Origin: Myxococcota bacterium
GTDB lineage: Bacteria; Myxococcota_C; UBA6777
DNA length: 64,000 nt
Direction: 5' to 3'
Assembly: GCA_023150835.1 (NCBI GenBank)
Contig: JAKLKB010000007.1
Location: 1 to 64,000 of the forward strand
Part shown: in pieces, positions 40,701 to 51,016 of the stretch
Position numbering within the stretch: the stretch's first letter is position 1
Layout of the letters: each line of letters begins with the position of its first letter
Position numbers and translations under genes: made by a program
The notes under the pieces: model-generated
Told to the model about the DNA's origin: nothing
Databases searched by the model: none
What the model saw: only the letters and a program-made list of their open reading frames with translations

Positions 40701-42518
40701 GGTTTCTTGTTGGGGTGTGGGTTGATCGGGGCGGGCTGTCCACGAAGGGTTGTCTTGTGTGGCGATCCCTACGGCGTGTTCGGCTTGTTGTAACCACCAT
40801 CCTTGGTGCAAAAACTCCAAAGTACGCAGGGGAACTCCATCACTCAAGCGACGTAGCTCTTGCATCGCTTCGGGGCGCGGCCAATGCCCATGAATCTGGG
40901 CCACCAAGGCTGTTTCTTCTTCTTCGGAGAGCGGAGGCAAGGCGATGCGCAACACGCGATCGTCTTGTGGCAAAACAAACCCCGCTTCGGCTTGGCGGCT
41001 GATCGCTCCAACCACCAACAAAGGCAACGAACCCTCTTCCAAAAAGAAAGACATCATCTTGCGCAGGATCAGCAACGAAGCCGCATCCGCATGGTGAAGA
41101 TCATCCAAGAACCAAGCCTGCGGCCCTTCGGCAAACAGATCCAACAACAACGGATACAGCAGGCCCCAGATCTCTTCGGAAGGTTGGCGCAGAGGGGGCA
41201 TCTCCATCGACGGGATATCGAGATGCTCGCGCATCAAAGGCAGGTAATGCGCCAAGATCTGGATACAAGGATCGTGTTGTAGCGCGGTCGGAAGATGAGG
41301 AAACAAACCGAGTAAAAACTCTGCAAGGCTCTGAAACGGCGCATGATGGGGGCGAAACGCCAAGTGGATCACATGATCTAAAGCGTGATGTGCTTGGCGG
41401 GTCATCTCTTCCAAAAACAGGCTCTTGCCGATGCCTGTAGAACCCGAAACCAACACCAAGCCGCCTTGGTGCTTGCGCGACAGCATCTCCAAACGCGCCT
41501 CGATCTCGGCCCGTTCGGGTTCGCGCCCCACCATATCGGGCAACCAATCCCCCACCATCGGAACGCTCGGAACCACCGACGCCGGCAACGACAACGCCAT
41601 CGCAGGGGCCGCTTTGTCTCCGAAAAAATCTTGGTACATCGGGCGCAACGCTGCCCACAAGGCTTTGGCGTTGACATAACGTTTCGTTGCGTCTTTTTGC
41701 ATACAGCGGTGGATCGCTTCGGCCATCAGCGGCGGAAGATCGGGGCAAAACGACGATATCGGCGGAGGTTCTTCTTCCAAGACGGCCATCGCGATCTCGT
41801 GCAAAGCCCGTCCCTTGACGGGGATCGGACGGCGATCCGCAAAACAGATGTACAAGATCACACCCAACGAATACAGATCGGCCCGCCCATCCAATCGCCC
41901 ACGTTCGACGATCTCGGGTGGGGCATACCCCAATGTCCCCAAGAATCCGGCATGTGTGACCATGCTGATATCGTGTCTGAGTTCACGGGCCAAACCAAAG
42001 TCCGCCAAAAAAGCCCGCTCATAGGTTCCATCCAACAAGATGTTGGCAGGCTTGAGATCTTGGTGAACCACCCGATGCGTGTGGATGTAATCCAGCGCCG
42101 AGATGATCTGCGCCATCAACGGCAACAACAAGCGTACCCGCCCCTCCGTCGTGTGGTTTCGCAACTGCTTTTGATAAAAGCTCCACAGATCCGTCCCTTC
42201 GATGTAGTCCATCACAAAAAAGGGGTAATCTTCGTGTTGACCGTAATCATGCACTGCAATCAAGTTCGGATGGCGCAGCTTGGAAAGTAGCCGAAACTCC
42301 CGCTCGAATCGCACACTCCACTTCTTGTCGTTGTTTTGTGGGCCTTGGTGCAACAGCTTGAGCGCGTAGGTCTGCCCTGCGCTGTTTTCCACTTGAAAGA
42401 CCGTCGCCATCCCTCCCCGACCGATCTCTCTGACGATGTGATAGCCGCCTATCTGCTCAAATGGGGGTTGATTTGCCAAGACTTCGGGCCTTTCCTTCGC
42501 AAAAGCGATCCTCGCCAA
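37788..42518 (-). CDS. Ser/Thr protein kinase fused to an AAA_16/STAND-like P-loop NTPase, with a very long low-complexity insertion
   Basis: Kinase motifs [27 protein letters not shown] and GTLGYAPPE. NTPase motifs [15 protein letters not shown] and LDDLHHAD. Confidence 0.92.
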   Translation of the reverse strand: MARIAFAKERPEVLANQPPFEQIGGYHIVREIGRGGMATVFQVENSAGQTYALKLLHQGPQNNDKKWSVRFEREFRLLSKLRHPNLIAVHDYGQHEDYPFFVMDYIEGTDLWSFYQKQLRNHTTEGRVRLLLPLMAQIISALDYIHTHRVVHQDLKPANILLDGTYERAFLADFGLARELRHDISMVTHAGFLGTLGYAPPEIVERGRLDGRADLYSLGVILYICFADRRPIPVKGRALHEIAMAVLEEEPPPISSFCPDLPPLMAEAIHRCMQKDATKRYVNAKALWAALRPMYQDFFGDKAAPAMALSLPASVVPSVPMVGDWLPDMVGREPERAEIEARLEMLSRKHQGGLVLVSGSTGIGKSLFLEEMTRQAHHALDHVIHLAFRPHHAPFQSLAEFLLGLFPHLPTALQHDPCIQILAHYLPLMREHLDIPSMEMPPLRQPSEEIWGLLYPLLLDLFAEGPQAWFLDDLHHADAASLLILRKMMSFFLEEGSLPLLVVGAISRQAEAGFVLPQDDRVLRIALPPLSEEEETALVAQIHGHWPRPEAMQELRRLSDGVPLRTLEFLHQGWWLQQAEHAVGIATQDNPSWTARPDQPTPQQETAPTTQPPLSEGTQVLQLSDLFFEEEMVSPSPVSERSLSPVSERAPSSLPSSNRTSTSDADARRKLLVRTLTDDESSSLVASLPPLESDVTGPQLTTIHVDSFSQNAPPLFTKASAAASSAAAASSAVATSSAVATSSARKLAEKATLLDLQSPFAADTSPMAGMRSEPAVSHTPDPAALPSSRSEKQASARREKPRHTMEPNPWATEQASHTQDGLFAISQAEDAELLSELNSDSTPHNLPRVTERTFESPPTKRAKVLSSEGDVDSASSSRGLYGKANRHDRDPDSTDRLPSPARAESSDVSGEPSSSFSVRAESSDVSGEPSSSPAVVVQQKPSMSLPPLFFQPGEIEELELDLEIEDPKDAASKGLSAQRRDLPSGGLGTSQRDVPSGGLGTSQRDVPSGGLGTSQRDVPSGGLGTSQRDVPSGGLGVWSQDLVSGGGIHPASPVGQALLARTQQHAVDAASSEQTMVMSKMPMLEALRAEIAWREATQHKPEQGIGQELALEEDEEGDQTGVNALSPYPSENPLVAPSTASPAPQHSVFVAPSQTSIPSPPPQRAVFASSSQTSASSNLSQRAVFASSSQTSASSNLSQRAVFASSSHAESSRAEGFADTSEQPFLQESPAPFSAQHKLSSPPPHLRRYPATTEVDAPVLSPTNTYTHTQQTSSDLSHYAKPHPLGRNSPAKPLMRVADANGVDTLSSSDLAIRPLLESRMAMLPPQLIVPVRGCAFLVEPFSVEEIQAVCASERTETLDLINQLLRLRFFQLRSWGDDERYAFSFPILRDIARSALSVQEQSPFALRAAQAMLQSRGYRELVAIAPVVAMLCSQGAAPKEAFYWQFKAVEYAIQLRLPDALEQSLRVLREMLTHWSALGEQELLINMIPSLMQEHNPQLEAEWTSLVYYLLWMGCLYALRLEDQWKGLQKGLHNALRACEIRSRESWQQAAEALPILWPALRFSGLQWFLEDEAR
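38897..39033 (-). repeat. 54-bp in-frame repeat, 2.5 copies ([18 protein letters not shown])
   Basis: Units at 38897, 38951 and 39005. Confidence 0.9.
39415..39581 (-). repeat. 36-bp in-frame repeat, 4.6 copies ([12 protein letters not shown])
   Basis: Units at 39415, 39451, 39487, 39523 and 39559. Confidence 0.9.
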
Positions 42519-42716
42519 GCCACCTGATTCTGCGTGATACCTCTTCCTTGTTCCTGTCTTTGGGATGCTGTTCTCTGCGCTTCGTCACATACCGCGCATT
42601 TTATGACAAAAGCAAAGAACGGCGCAACATTCATCTCGACATCGTGCCAAATTCCTGCACCACACAAGACCGCGCCCCCCCCCCAACGCATCTCTACGCA
42701 AGGCACACCAAAAGCC

Positions 42717-42744
42717 TTGCCAAACAAAAAACCTTCGCTATCAT
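42717..42744 (+). promoter_or_regulatory. Putative sigma70 promoter of uvrA
   Basis: TTGCCA-N16-TATCAT. Confidence 0.55.
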
Positions 42745-42754
42745 GCAATCCTTA

Positions 42755-42770
42755 CTGTTCGCCCGTACAG
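42755..42770. promoter_or_regulatory. Putative LexA (SOS) box
   Basis: CTGT-TCGCCCGT-ACAG (CTGT-N8-ACAG) lies 10 nt downstream of the -10 element, upstream of uvrA. Confidence 0.6.
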
Positions 42771-42892
42771 GCGAAGACACTTCACACAAAGCCCGAAACC
42801 ACAAGGCTTTTCGACAAGATCGAACGCTTGCTTGGCAGACAACGCAACCCACGCTTTCTTTGCAGACAACGCACGCCAAAAGGTACGAAGAC

Positions 42893-45800
42893 ATGGCCCA
42901 AGACCGCATTGTGATACGCGGCGCACGCGAACACAACCTCAAAAACATTGACGTGGATATCCCACGCGATCAACTGGTCGTGATCACGGGGCTGAGTGGT
43001 AGCGGCAAAAGCTCACTCGCCTTTGACACGATCTACGCGGAAGGACAACGGCGCTACGTCGAGTCGTTGTCTGCTTACGCACGCCAATTCCTTCCGCAGA
43101 TGAACAAGCCCGATGTCGATCTGATCGAAGGGCTGAGTCCAGCGATCTCGATCGAACAAAAGACGACGCACCGAAACCCCCGTTCTACGGTCGGAACCGT
43201 CACGGAGATCTACGATTATCTGCGCCTATTGTACGCACGCATCGGCGTTCCGCATTGCTTTCGGACAGGACTCCCGATCCAAGGCCAAACCACCGAGCAG
43301 ATGGTGGATCGGCTGATCGCGCTCGAAGAAGGTACGCGGATCGTGGTGCTTGCACCTGTTGTGCGCGGTCGCAAGGGCGAATACCGCAAAGAACTCGATC
43401 AATTTCGCCGAGATGGTTTTGTGCGCGTGCGGATCGATGGCAAAACATTCGAGCTATCGGACGAGATCGAGATCGACAAAAACAAAAAGCACGATATCGA
43501 TATCTACATCGACCGCCTCTCGATCCGCGAAGGTGTGCGCAGCCGCCTCGCAGACTCGATCGAAACAGCCCTAAAACTCGGCGAAGGCGTCCTCAAGATC
43601 CTATTTCAAGATGAAAGCGAGTGGCTGTTGAGCCAACACCACGCTTGCATGATGTGCGGGATGTCGTTTCCCGAGATCACCCCACAGATGTTTTCGTTCA
43701 ATTCTCCACAAGGAGCCTGCCCAACCTGCGATGGCATCGGCTTTGAGTCCTACATCGATCCCGACCTTGTGATCCCGAACCCCCGCCTTTCGATCGCCCA
43801 AGGAGCGATCGCGATCTATGGACGCAGCAAAGACTCTCGCATGGGCCAAGTGATCGAAGATATCTGCAAAGCCTACGGCGGCGATATCGAACTTCCCTTC
43901 GAGGAACTTGACGAAGATATCCGCAATCTTTTGCTGCACGGAAGCGGAAACAACAAGCCCAAACGCGGGCGAGGCCGAAGCGCCCCAAGCACCCGATGGT
44001 TCGAGGGGATCATCCCGATGCTTGAGCGTACCCTCCGAGAATCGGACTCCGAAGAGCGCAAAGAAGGCATCGAACCTTATACCCGACAACGGCCCTGTGA
44101 GACCTGCAAAGGAAACCGACTGCGCAAAGAAAGCATGCACATCCTTGTCGGCAAAAAAGATATCGCCGCGATCACCCAACTCGCGATCCGCGAAGCACTC
44201 GACTTTTTCGACCACCTCCAACTCTCCACCCGCGACGAAGAGATCGCCCGCCGCATCCTCAAAGAGATCCGCGAACGCTTGCGTTTTCTCGTCGATGTCG
44301 GCCTTGACTACCTTTCCCTCGCACGCACCGCAGGCACACTCTCGGGCGGCGAAGCCCAGCGCATCCGCCTCGCAACGCAGATCGGTTCTTCTCTGACAGG
44401 CGTGTTGTACGTCCTCGACGAGCCTTCGATCGGCCTCCATCCACGCGACAACAACCGCCTGATCCGCACGCTGACCCATCTACGCGATCTCGGAAATACG
44501 GTGCTGGTCGTCGAACACGACGAAGAGACCATGCGTTACGCCGATCACTTGATCGATATGGGTCCGGGCGCAGGAGTTCATGGTGGTGCGATCATCGCCC
44601 AAGGCCCCGTTGCATCCGTGATCAACGACCCCAACAGCCTTACAGGGCAATACCTTTCGGGAGCCCGCAGTATCGAGATCCCAACCAAACGAAGGAATGG
44701 CTCAGGTCGGATGCTCTCGATACGCGGCGCTTTTCATAACAACCTCAAGCAACTCAACGTCGATCTCCCCCTTGGGATGCTGATCTGCGTCACAGGCGTA
44801 TCGGGATCTGGAAAGTCCAGCCTAATCATCGACACCCTTTATCGCTACACCGCGCTCCATCTTCACGGCTCACGTGGCCGCCTCGGTGAAGTCGAGTCCA
44901 TCGAAGGACTCGAACACATCGACAAAGTCATCAACATCGATCAATCCCCCATCGGTCGTACTCCGCGCTCCAACCCCGCCACCTACGTCGATCTCTTTGG
45001 GCCGATCCGCCAGCTCTTTACGCAGCTTCCCGAGTCCAAGGTGCGCGGCTACGCCGCAGGTCGTTTCTCCTTTAACGTCCCGGGTGGGCGATGCGAATCC
45101 TGCGAAGGGGCGGGCGTGATCCGTATCGAGATGCACTTTCTCCCCGATGTCTTCGTCACTTGCGAAGCCTGCCGAGGACAACGCTTCAACCGCGAAACAC
45201 TCGATGTCAAATACAAAGGCAAGCATATCTCCGAAGTCCTCGACATGAGCGTCGAAGAGGCCCTCGAATTTTTCAACGCACAACCCCCGATACGCCGCCG
45301 CCTTGAAACACTCCATGACGTCGGGCTCGACTACATCAAACTCGGTCAAGCCGCCACCACGCTTTCCGGCGGCGAAGCCCAACGCATCAAACTCTCCAAA
45401 GAACTTTCCCGCCGCTCCACAGGCAATACCCTTTACATCCTCGACGAACCCACTACGGGACTCCACTTTGAGGATATCAAGCGCCTGCTCACCGTCCTCC
45501 ATCGCCTCGTAGACAACGGCAATACCGTGATCGTCATTGAGCATCAACTTGATGTGATCAAGACAGCTGACTGGATCATCGATATCGGACCCGAAGGCGG
45601 CGCACGCGGCGGTGAACTCGTCGCTGCCGGAACCCCCGACACGATCGCACAACACCCCTCCAGTCACACAGGCCGCTTTCTCAAAGACCTTCTCCGTCCC
45701 TCTACCACCACCACCAACGGCACGCACAAACCACCTGACCATGCCTCCTCCACCCCAACAAACATCACCTTGATAAACAACAACGCGGCATCCACCGACA

Positions 45801-46066
45801 AGCTCAACGCTCTTTCCGACAAGATCGCCACATCCACCGACAAGATCGCCACGTCCACCGACAAGATCGCCACGTCCACCGACAAGATCACCACGTCCAC
45901 CGACAAGATCGCCACGTCCACCGACAAGATCACCACGTCCACCGACAAGATCGCCACTTCCACCGAAAAGATCACCGCATCCACCGAGGAAGCCCCCACC
46001 GTTGCAACCCTCCCGACAGAAGCGATGGCTCCAAAACGCGCACCACGAAAAAGAAAGGCGATCTGA
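42893..46066 (+). CDS. uvrA: Excinuclease ABC subunit A with C-terminal low-complexity tail
   Basis: [36 protein letters not shown], two LSGGEAQRI signatures and zinc fingers. Confidence 0.99.
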   Translation: MAQDRIVIRGAREHNLKNIDVDIPRDQLVVITGLSGSGKSSLAFDTIYAEGQRRYVESLSAYARQFLPQMNKPDVDLIEGLSPAISIEQKTTHRNPRSTVGTVTEIYDYLRLLYARIGVPHCFRTGLPIQGQTTEQMVDRLIALEEGTRIVVLAPVVRGRKGEYRKELDQFRRDGFVRVRIDGKTFELSDEIEIDKNKKHDIDIYIDRLSIREGVRSRLADSIETALKLGEGVLKILFQDESEWLLSQHHACMMCGMSFPEITPQMFSFNSPQGACPTCDGIGFESYIDPDLVIPNPRLSIAQGAIAIYGRSKDSRMGQVIEDICKAYGGDIELPFEELDEDIRNLLLHGSGNNKPKRGRGRSAPSTRWFEGIIPMLERTLRESDSEERKEGIEPYTRQRPCETCKGNRLRKESMHILVGKKDIAAITQLAIREALDFFDHLQLSTRDEEIARRILKEIRERLRFLVDVGLDYLSLARTAGTLSGGEAQRIRLATQIGSSLTGVLYVLDEPSIGLHPRDNNRLIRTLTHLRDLGNTVLVVEHDEETMRYADHLIDMGPGAGVHGGAIIAQGPVASVINDPNSLTGQYLSGARSIEIPTKRRNGSGRMLSIRGAFHNNLKQLNVDLPLGMLICVTGVSGSGKSSLIIDTLYRYTALHLHGSRGRLGEVESIEGLEHIDKVINIDQSPIGRTPRSNPATYVDLFGPIRQLFTQLPESKVRGYAAGRFSFNVPGGRCESCEGAGVIRIEMHFLPDVFVTCEACRGQRFNRETLDVKYKGKHISEVLDMSVEEALEFFNAQPPIRRRLETLHDVGLDYIKLGQAATTLSGGEAQRIKLSKELSRRSTGNTLYILDEPTTGLHFEDIKRLLTVLHRLVDNGNTVIVIEHQLDVIKTADWIIDIGPEGGARGGELVAAGTPDTIAQHPSSHTGRFLKDLLRPSTTTTNGTHKPPDHASSTPTNITLINNNAASTDKLNALSDKIATSTDKIATSTDKIATSTDKITTSTDKIATSTDKITTSTDKIATSTEKITASTEEAPTVATLPTEAMAPKRAPRKRKAI
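45818..45985 (+). repeat. 21-bp in-frame repeat (DKIATST x8) in the UvrA tail
   Basis: Counted in the translation. Confidence 0.93.
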
Positions 46067-46908
46067 TGGTTTTTGCTTATGTGTTGACGTTGCTTGCAGG
46101 CTTTGGGATCTTCATGGGAAAAGGATTGCAAAAACGGGGAGTTCGAGATCTTCCGCCGATATCTTTGCGTTGGCCTGTGTTGCGGTTGTTTTTGCGCAAT
46201 CCGTTTTGGGGGGGGGGGTTTGCGCTGGAAATGTTCTGCTCGGTGTTGTCGATCGTTGCGATCGGGATGATACCGATATCGATCTACCAGCCCCTGCTTG
46301 CGACCGGCTTGATCGCGCTTGTGGTGTACGATCGCATCGTCTTGCGCGATCCCACCGCACCGCACGAATGGCTCGGACTTGCGTTGCTCGCTTCGGGTGC
46401 GATCTTGATGGCCGCCACGCTCCAAAAAGGCCCCGACCTCTTCCGCGCCACCCGTTTGTTTGTTGCGTTTGGCTTACTCGTTTTCCTGCTTGGATTCCTT
46501 GAATTTTTGTTTCGCCGACGATGGTGGCTTGAGCTTTCAACAGGTATGATGTCAGGCACCTGCTTTTCGCTCTCCACCATCGCGATGCGTGCTGCGCATC
46601 TCAGCGCTCAACAAGGCGCACACAAGGCTTGGATCGTCGCGGGTGCAAGCGTGAGCTTGATGTGGGCCATCTTCGGATTTTTTCTACAAACGCGCGGCCT
46701 CCGTGTCGGACGAGCTGTACCCATCGTCACTTACGACTCGCTTTGCGCGTGTACGGTATCGATCCTCGTTGGATTGTTTGCCTTTGACGAACCCTTCCCC
46801 ACGTCTCCCCTTCCCCTTTTCTTACGAACCGCTGCACTTGCGTTGATCTTCTTGGGCGTCCCGCTTCTCGCAAAGCAACAAGCCCAACTCAACCAAGCCG
46901 CTCTCTAA
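46066..46908 (+). CDS. DMT-superfamily (EamA/NIPA-like) membrane transporter
   Basis: About 9 TM helices and the motifs LRNPFWGGG..PISIYQPL. TGATG overlap with uvrA. Confidence 0.75.
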   Translation: MVFAYVLTLLAGFGIFMGKGLQKRGVRDLPPISLRWPVLRLFLRNPFWGGGFALEMFCSVLSIVAIGMIPISIYQPLLATGLIALVVYDRIVLRDPTAPHEWLGLALLASGAILMAATLQKGPDLFRATRLFVAFGLLVFLLGFLEFLFRRRWWLELSTGMMSGTCFSLSTIAMRAAHLSAQQGAHKAWIVAGASVSLMWAIFGFFLQTRGLRVGRAVPIVTYDSLCACTVSILVGLFAFDEPFPTSPLPLFLRTAALALIFLGVPLLAKQQAQLNQAAL

Positions 46909-46919
46909 TCCCACAAGGA

Positions 46920-48503
46920 TCAGGGGAATCCCCCGCACTTGGCCTTGCAGGACTTCGGGAAAAGACCGGGAATCAAACCATCGCAACACTTCGGCGCTGC
47001 GGGATCTTTGCAATCGGCATCCGAAACACAAGAGCCACTGCCGCCACCACACAACAACGCAGCGGTGGGATCGCTCCCTGCGATGCACATCTTTTGAAGA
47101 CCAAAGAAGTCGCAGCACTTGTCGCCAGAGTTCGGACAATCCGAATCGGTCTTACAACCGCCACCTGTGCTTGCGGGGCATTGGCCTTTGGGAACGCACT
47201 GGGCTTGACCGCCAAACAGCTCACAGCAGTCTTGTGTGTTGGCATCGCAGGCAGGGCTGCACTTGGCCGAAGCACAGGCGCTCGCGGTGCATTGGAGCGT
47301 GGTGGTATTGCAGCAGGTTCCGGGCTGACAGGCTTGGGGACAAGGGCCGCTGCTACCGCCTTTGCATTGACCATCTTTGGGATCGCAAGCTTGACCGGTG
47401 GGACAGGTTTTTCCGGCGCATTTGTTGTCTTCGCAGATGTACGTGACGTTGTTGCAGATCTTGGGAGCTTGGCAGTCTTGGTTTCCGCAACACTCTTGAC
47501 AAGCACCTGTATTGGCGCAGCACTTGGTCCCTGCGGTCGTGCATTTCACTCCCAAGCAAGGGCAAAAACCGAGGATCGGTTTGCAGTACTTGTTGGTGCC
47601 GTCAAAGAAGCAGGTGTAGTTGGCGGTGTCGCTGCATTGGCCTTGTTGCGCACCGCGATTGGCTCCACAGTCCTCCGCACAAAACTTGTTGCCTTTTTCG
47701 TCGGTGACGCAAAGCCCGTCAAGACCGCATTCTTCCTTGCGTGTGCAAGTCTGACAATACGCCACTTTCGGGATGCACTGGCAATTGTTGCTTGGATCGG
47801 GCGTTTGACCTGCTTGGCAATTGGCCGAAGCGCAAGGGCGCGGGCAATTGCCTTGGGCATCAGGCTTTTCTCCGCCCGGGCAGACTTTATCCGCGAGGCA
47901 CTTTCCTGAAGTCCCGTCGCACTTTTCACCAACACCACACTCACAAGGCTTGTCTGCACAAAGGTTTTTGTCACAGCGTTTGATCAACGAGGTGGAGCAA
48001 TTCGCAGTAGCCGAACAAAGAGACGAGGCCGTCCCGCAGTCCGCATCCACCAAACAAGGAACACAGCGACCTGTGGTCACGTCACACTTGAGCGCACCCG
48101 GACAGGGGTTCTTGGCGTCACAAGTCGGCGCGCAACAGCCCGCTGTACAAGTCTCCCCGTTAGCGCAGTCGCTAAAGTTTGCGCAAGGCTTGAGCGTTCC
48201 ACAAACGCCGCTATTTTCGGGGGCTTGCTCGGTTGGTCCGCCATCGTTGGTGGATTTTTCGGTATTTGTCGTGGCTTGGCAATCGCCGCTCACGCACTTC
48301 TTGCCATTCTCGCAGTCCACGTCCGTTGTACAGGTCGCCAACTTCACGCATTTTTGGCTCTTGCAAAAAAAGCCCGTCTTGCAATCATTGTTTTTTTCGC
48401 ATTCGGGCTTGTTTCCGCCATCGCAGGCCCACATCAAGCTCGGAAACAAAAACGCCCCCAACAACAACCAACGCAAAAACATCTGACTTCCATTCACACG
48501 CAT
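46920..48503 (-). CDS. Cys-rich repeat lipoprotein
   Basis: Lipobox MWAC, serial 4-Cys modules (e.g. CTTDVDCENGKKCVSGDC) and CC motifs. GGAGG SD site. Confidence 0.9.
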   Translation of the reverse strand: MRVNGSQMFLRWLLLGAFLFPSLMWACDGGNKPECEKNNDCKTGFFCKSQKCVKLATCTTDVDCENGKKCVSGDCQATTNTEKSTNDGGPTEQAPENSGVCGTLKPCANFSDCANGETCTAGCCAPTCDAKNPCPGALKCDVTTGRCVPCLVDADCGTASSLCSATANCSTSLIKRCDKNLCADKPCECGVGEKCDGTSGKCLADKVCPGGEKPDAQGNCPRPCASANCQAGQTPDPSNNCQCIPKVAYCQTCTRKEECGLDGLCVTDEKGNKFCAEDCGANRGAQQGQCSDTANYTCFFDGTNKYCKPILGFCPCLGVKCTTAGTKCCANTGACQECCGNQDCQAPKICNNVTYICEDNKCAGKTCPTGQACDPKDGQCKGGSSGPCPQACQPGTCCNTTTLQCTASACASAKCSPACDANTQDCCELFGGQAQCVPKGQCPASTGGGCKTDSDCPNSGDKCCDFFGLQKMCIAGSDPTAALLCGGGSGSCVSDADCKDPAAPKCCDGLIPGLFPKSCKAKCGGFP

Positions 48504-48872
48504 CGAACTCCCTCCGATCCTTCTCTCTACACAAATAAGTTACACATCGAACCTTTATACAAACCAACAGGTTACACATCTCGTTCGCACAAAACAAGTT
48601 CGCACAAACCGATCTCGCACAAATCAAACCTTACCACACCTTCTTGACAACACAAACCAAACCTTACCTGTTTTTTTGTTTTTCTCCGTCCTGTCGGACG
48701 TTACGAAACACAACATTCCATTACAAGATCGCTGCGCGGCTTGTAGCATAAGCCGCACAACTGCGCAAGTACAAACAAAGAACACCAAACGGTTTTTTGA
48801 TATAACACACGTTCAAAGAAAAAGAAAAGAAGAAAATGCAAGCAGGCGAGGATTTGCAAGAACGGCAGGAGG

Positions 48873-50306
48873 TCAGGGGCAGGTGGTCGCACAATAGCGC
48901 CGCATCTGGCCTGAGAGGGTTTTGGTGCAACACGAAGTGGGAACGAAGCCGCCGATCTTTGGGCAATCCGAATCGGAAGCGCAAGGCTCGCAGTTGCGTC
49001 CCAAGCCCGCAGCAACGCAGGTTTGACCAGCACAGCACTCGCTATCGGACGAGCAAGATCCCAAAGGATCGGATAATTTGCAGTTTCGGACGGGTGGCCC
49101 ACAGGTGCCGTTGTTGCAGACCAGTCCGCTGCCACCGCAATCGGCGTCCGAACAACAGGCGCGACAAGCGCTGAGGTTCACGCAACACTTGGTTCCGCCG
49201 CTACATGGGGGATTACAGCCCCCCCCGCTGGTTTTGCAGGTGAAGCTTTGGAGATCGCAAGTGGACAAAGGGCAGTGGCTGTCTTGGCAACAATCGTGGC
49301 ATTGGCCGTCTTTTGGGCAGCAATAAAGACCCGAGGGGCATTGGCGGCCCGCGCATTTGTCGAGGCTACAAGAGCCGCTTGTGGGGACGCATTGACGGCC
49401 ATAATCGCCGAGGACTTTGCATGTAAAGCCCGAGGGGCAAGAGTTGACGGTGCATTCTCGTGTGCAAAACTTGGAACCACCGCCAAGATCATTGCATGCG
49501 TTTCCATCGCCGCAGTCGGCGGCTTTTTGGCAGGGATCACAGATCTTGCTGCTTCCGCAGGGCGTACAAGAGCCGTCTTCGTTGCAGCAGTCACCGCTTT
49601 TGGGGCATCCTTTGATCGGCAAGCATCCGGGAGTTTTGCACTTTCCATCGTTGGGATCGCAGCGTTGATCAGCGGGACAGGTCACGCCATCACAGACAGG
49701 GATACATTGATCTTTGTCGTTGCACTTTTGGCCTGTGGGACACTTGCAAGGTGTGGTTCCGCCCTTGCATCGGAAGGTTTGGGGATCGCATTTTTGCCCC
49801 GTGATCGGGCATTCGGCGTCGGACAAACATTGGATGCAAAACCCGGTGGCTCCGCAGCGTGGAGCTTCTTTGGGGCATGAACTATCCCGCAAACAGACGC
49901 AGATATTGCGCGAAGCATCGCAGATCAAGCCGGGTTTGCAGTCTTCTCGAACCGTGCAATTTTCCCCAGTATCCGCTCCATCGGGGTTTTGTTCTGTGTT
50001 GGTGGTTTGTTCGGGAGTGACTTCTGTTCCGCCATCAGCGGGAGAAGGCTCGCGTCCACACAGGCCCCCTTGAAGACACGGTCGACAGCAATTGTCGGTG
50101 TCGCAAAACTCGTTGTTGGCGCAGTCGGCGTTTTTTCCGCACGAGACTCCGCAGGTGTTGGGGCGAGGGATACAAGCCCCTTTGTCGACGTCGCAGATCT
50201 CGTTGGCTGCGCACTTTGGACAGGCGGTTTTGGGCGGATCTTTTTGACATCCCGCCCCCCAAAAAAGACCGAACAAGATGAAACCACAAAGTAGAATCTT
50301 ACGCAT
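48873..50306 (-). CDS. Cys-rich repeat lipoprotein (paralogue of the neighbouring gene)
   Basis: Start MRKILL..GAGC lipobox, the same 4-Cys modules and a similar DGG..EQ linker. Confidence 0.9.
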   Translation of the reverse strand: MRKILLCGFILFGLFWGAGCQKDPPKTACPKCAANEICDVDKGACIPRPNTCGVSCGKNADCANNEFCDTDNCCRPCLQGGLCGREPSPADGGTEVTPEQTTNTEQNPDGADTGENCTVREDCKPGLICDASRNICVCLRDSSCPKEAPRCGATGFCIQCLSDAECPITGQKCDPQTFRCKGGTTPCKCPTGQKCNDKDQCIPVCDGVTCPADQRCDPNDGKCKTPGCLPIKGCPKSGDCCNEDGSCTPCGSSKICDPCQKAADCGDGNACNDLGGGSKFCTRECTVNSCPSGFTCKVLGDYGRQCVPTSGSCSLDKCAGRQCPSGLYCCPKDGQCHDCCQDSHCPLSTCDLQSFTCKTSGGGCNPPCSGGTKCCVNLSACRACCSDADCGGSGLVCNNGTCGPPVRNCKLSDPLGSCSSDSECCAGQTCVAAGLGRNCEPCASDSDCPKIGGFVPTSCCTKTLSGQMRRYCATTCP

Positions 50307-50449
50307 TCCTCGGCTCCGTACAGACAAACACAAACCAGCGGCGAAAACGCCATACAGAGCAAAGTAGAACGAATTAGCGAGCTTTGGCAAGTCCCTGTTG
50401 CACACAAAGGCTTGCGCGAAAACAGCAGACGACTTGGAAGGAGTGGTTA

Positions 50450-50561
50450 TACGAAATCCGCCCATTGTGTGATCGTAAAACGTAGGGGCAGACAGGTGTG
50501 GCTGCCCAACCGTAGGGCATCTATGCACGATCCTTCGATCACACATCTTGCGGATATCGTA
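50450..50561. mobile_element. ~112 bp palindromic REP/MITE-like element, copy E
   Basis: TACGAAATCCG..GTAGGGGCAGACAGGTGTGGCTGCCC..CGGATATCGTA. Confidence 0.9.
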
Positions 50562-50620
50562 TTATGCGTTTGGCGAAAGAGATACCTGTTCTTTTTGGGA
50601 GGGCGCACAAATCGTTCGGA

Positions 50621-50941
50621 CTACTCGGTAGGAGCGGCGGTGCGTTTGGCGGAAGGAAAGGTAATCTTCGGATTTTCACGGTCGCGCAAGTACAACAAGA
50701 CCATCCGACCGAGGACTTGGACGAGAGAGGCGCGGGTGGATTTTGCGAGTTGTTCGGCGATCTCAAGGCGTTCTTCGGCGACATCCATTTGGGGGATCTT
50801 CACTTTGACCAGTTCGTGGGCTTTGAGGCTTTGGCTGATCTGCTTGATCACGTTGGGAGTGACGCCTTGTTTGCCGATAATCAAGCAAGGTTCGAGATGA
50901 TGTCCGAGAGAACGCAAATAGAGTACTTGTTTGCCTGTCAT
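50621..50941 (-). CDS. yhbY: YhbY CRM-domain RNA-binding protein (ribosome assembly)
   Basis: MTGKQ..YLRSLGHHLEP..IGKQG..HELVKVK..VQVLGRMVLLY. Confidence 0.95.
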   Translation of the reverse strand: MTGKQVLYLRSLGHHLEPCLIIGKQGVTPNVIKQISQSLKAHELVKVKIPQMDVAEERLEIAEQLAKSTRASLVQVLGRMVLLYLRDRENPKITFPSAKRTAAPTE

Positions 50942-51016
50942 GATTTTTCTTTCTTCGAGATTCCGCGCGGCGGGAAAAGACGGGGCGAGAGCAAAGAGGG
51001 CCTTCGACGGTCTGCC

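Noticed and set aside
42461-42892. N-terminal extensions in the ORF track for uvrA (also sbcC, glyS, ppdK, ruvX and serS)
   Set aside because: Family N-termini, and SD sites where present, point to downstream starts. The uvrA extension overlaps its promoter and SOS box.
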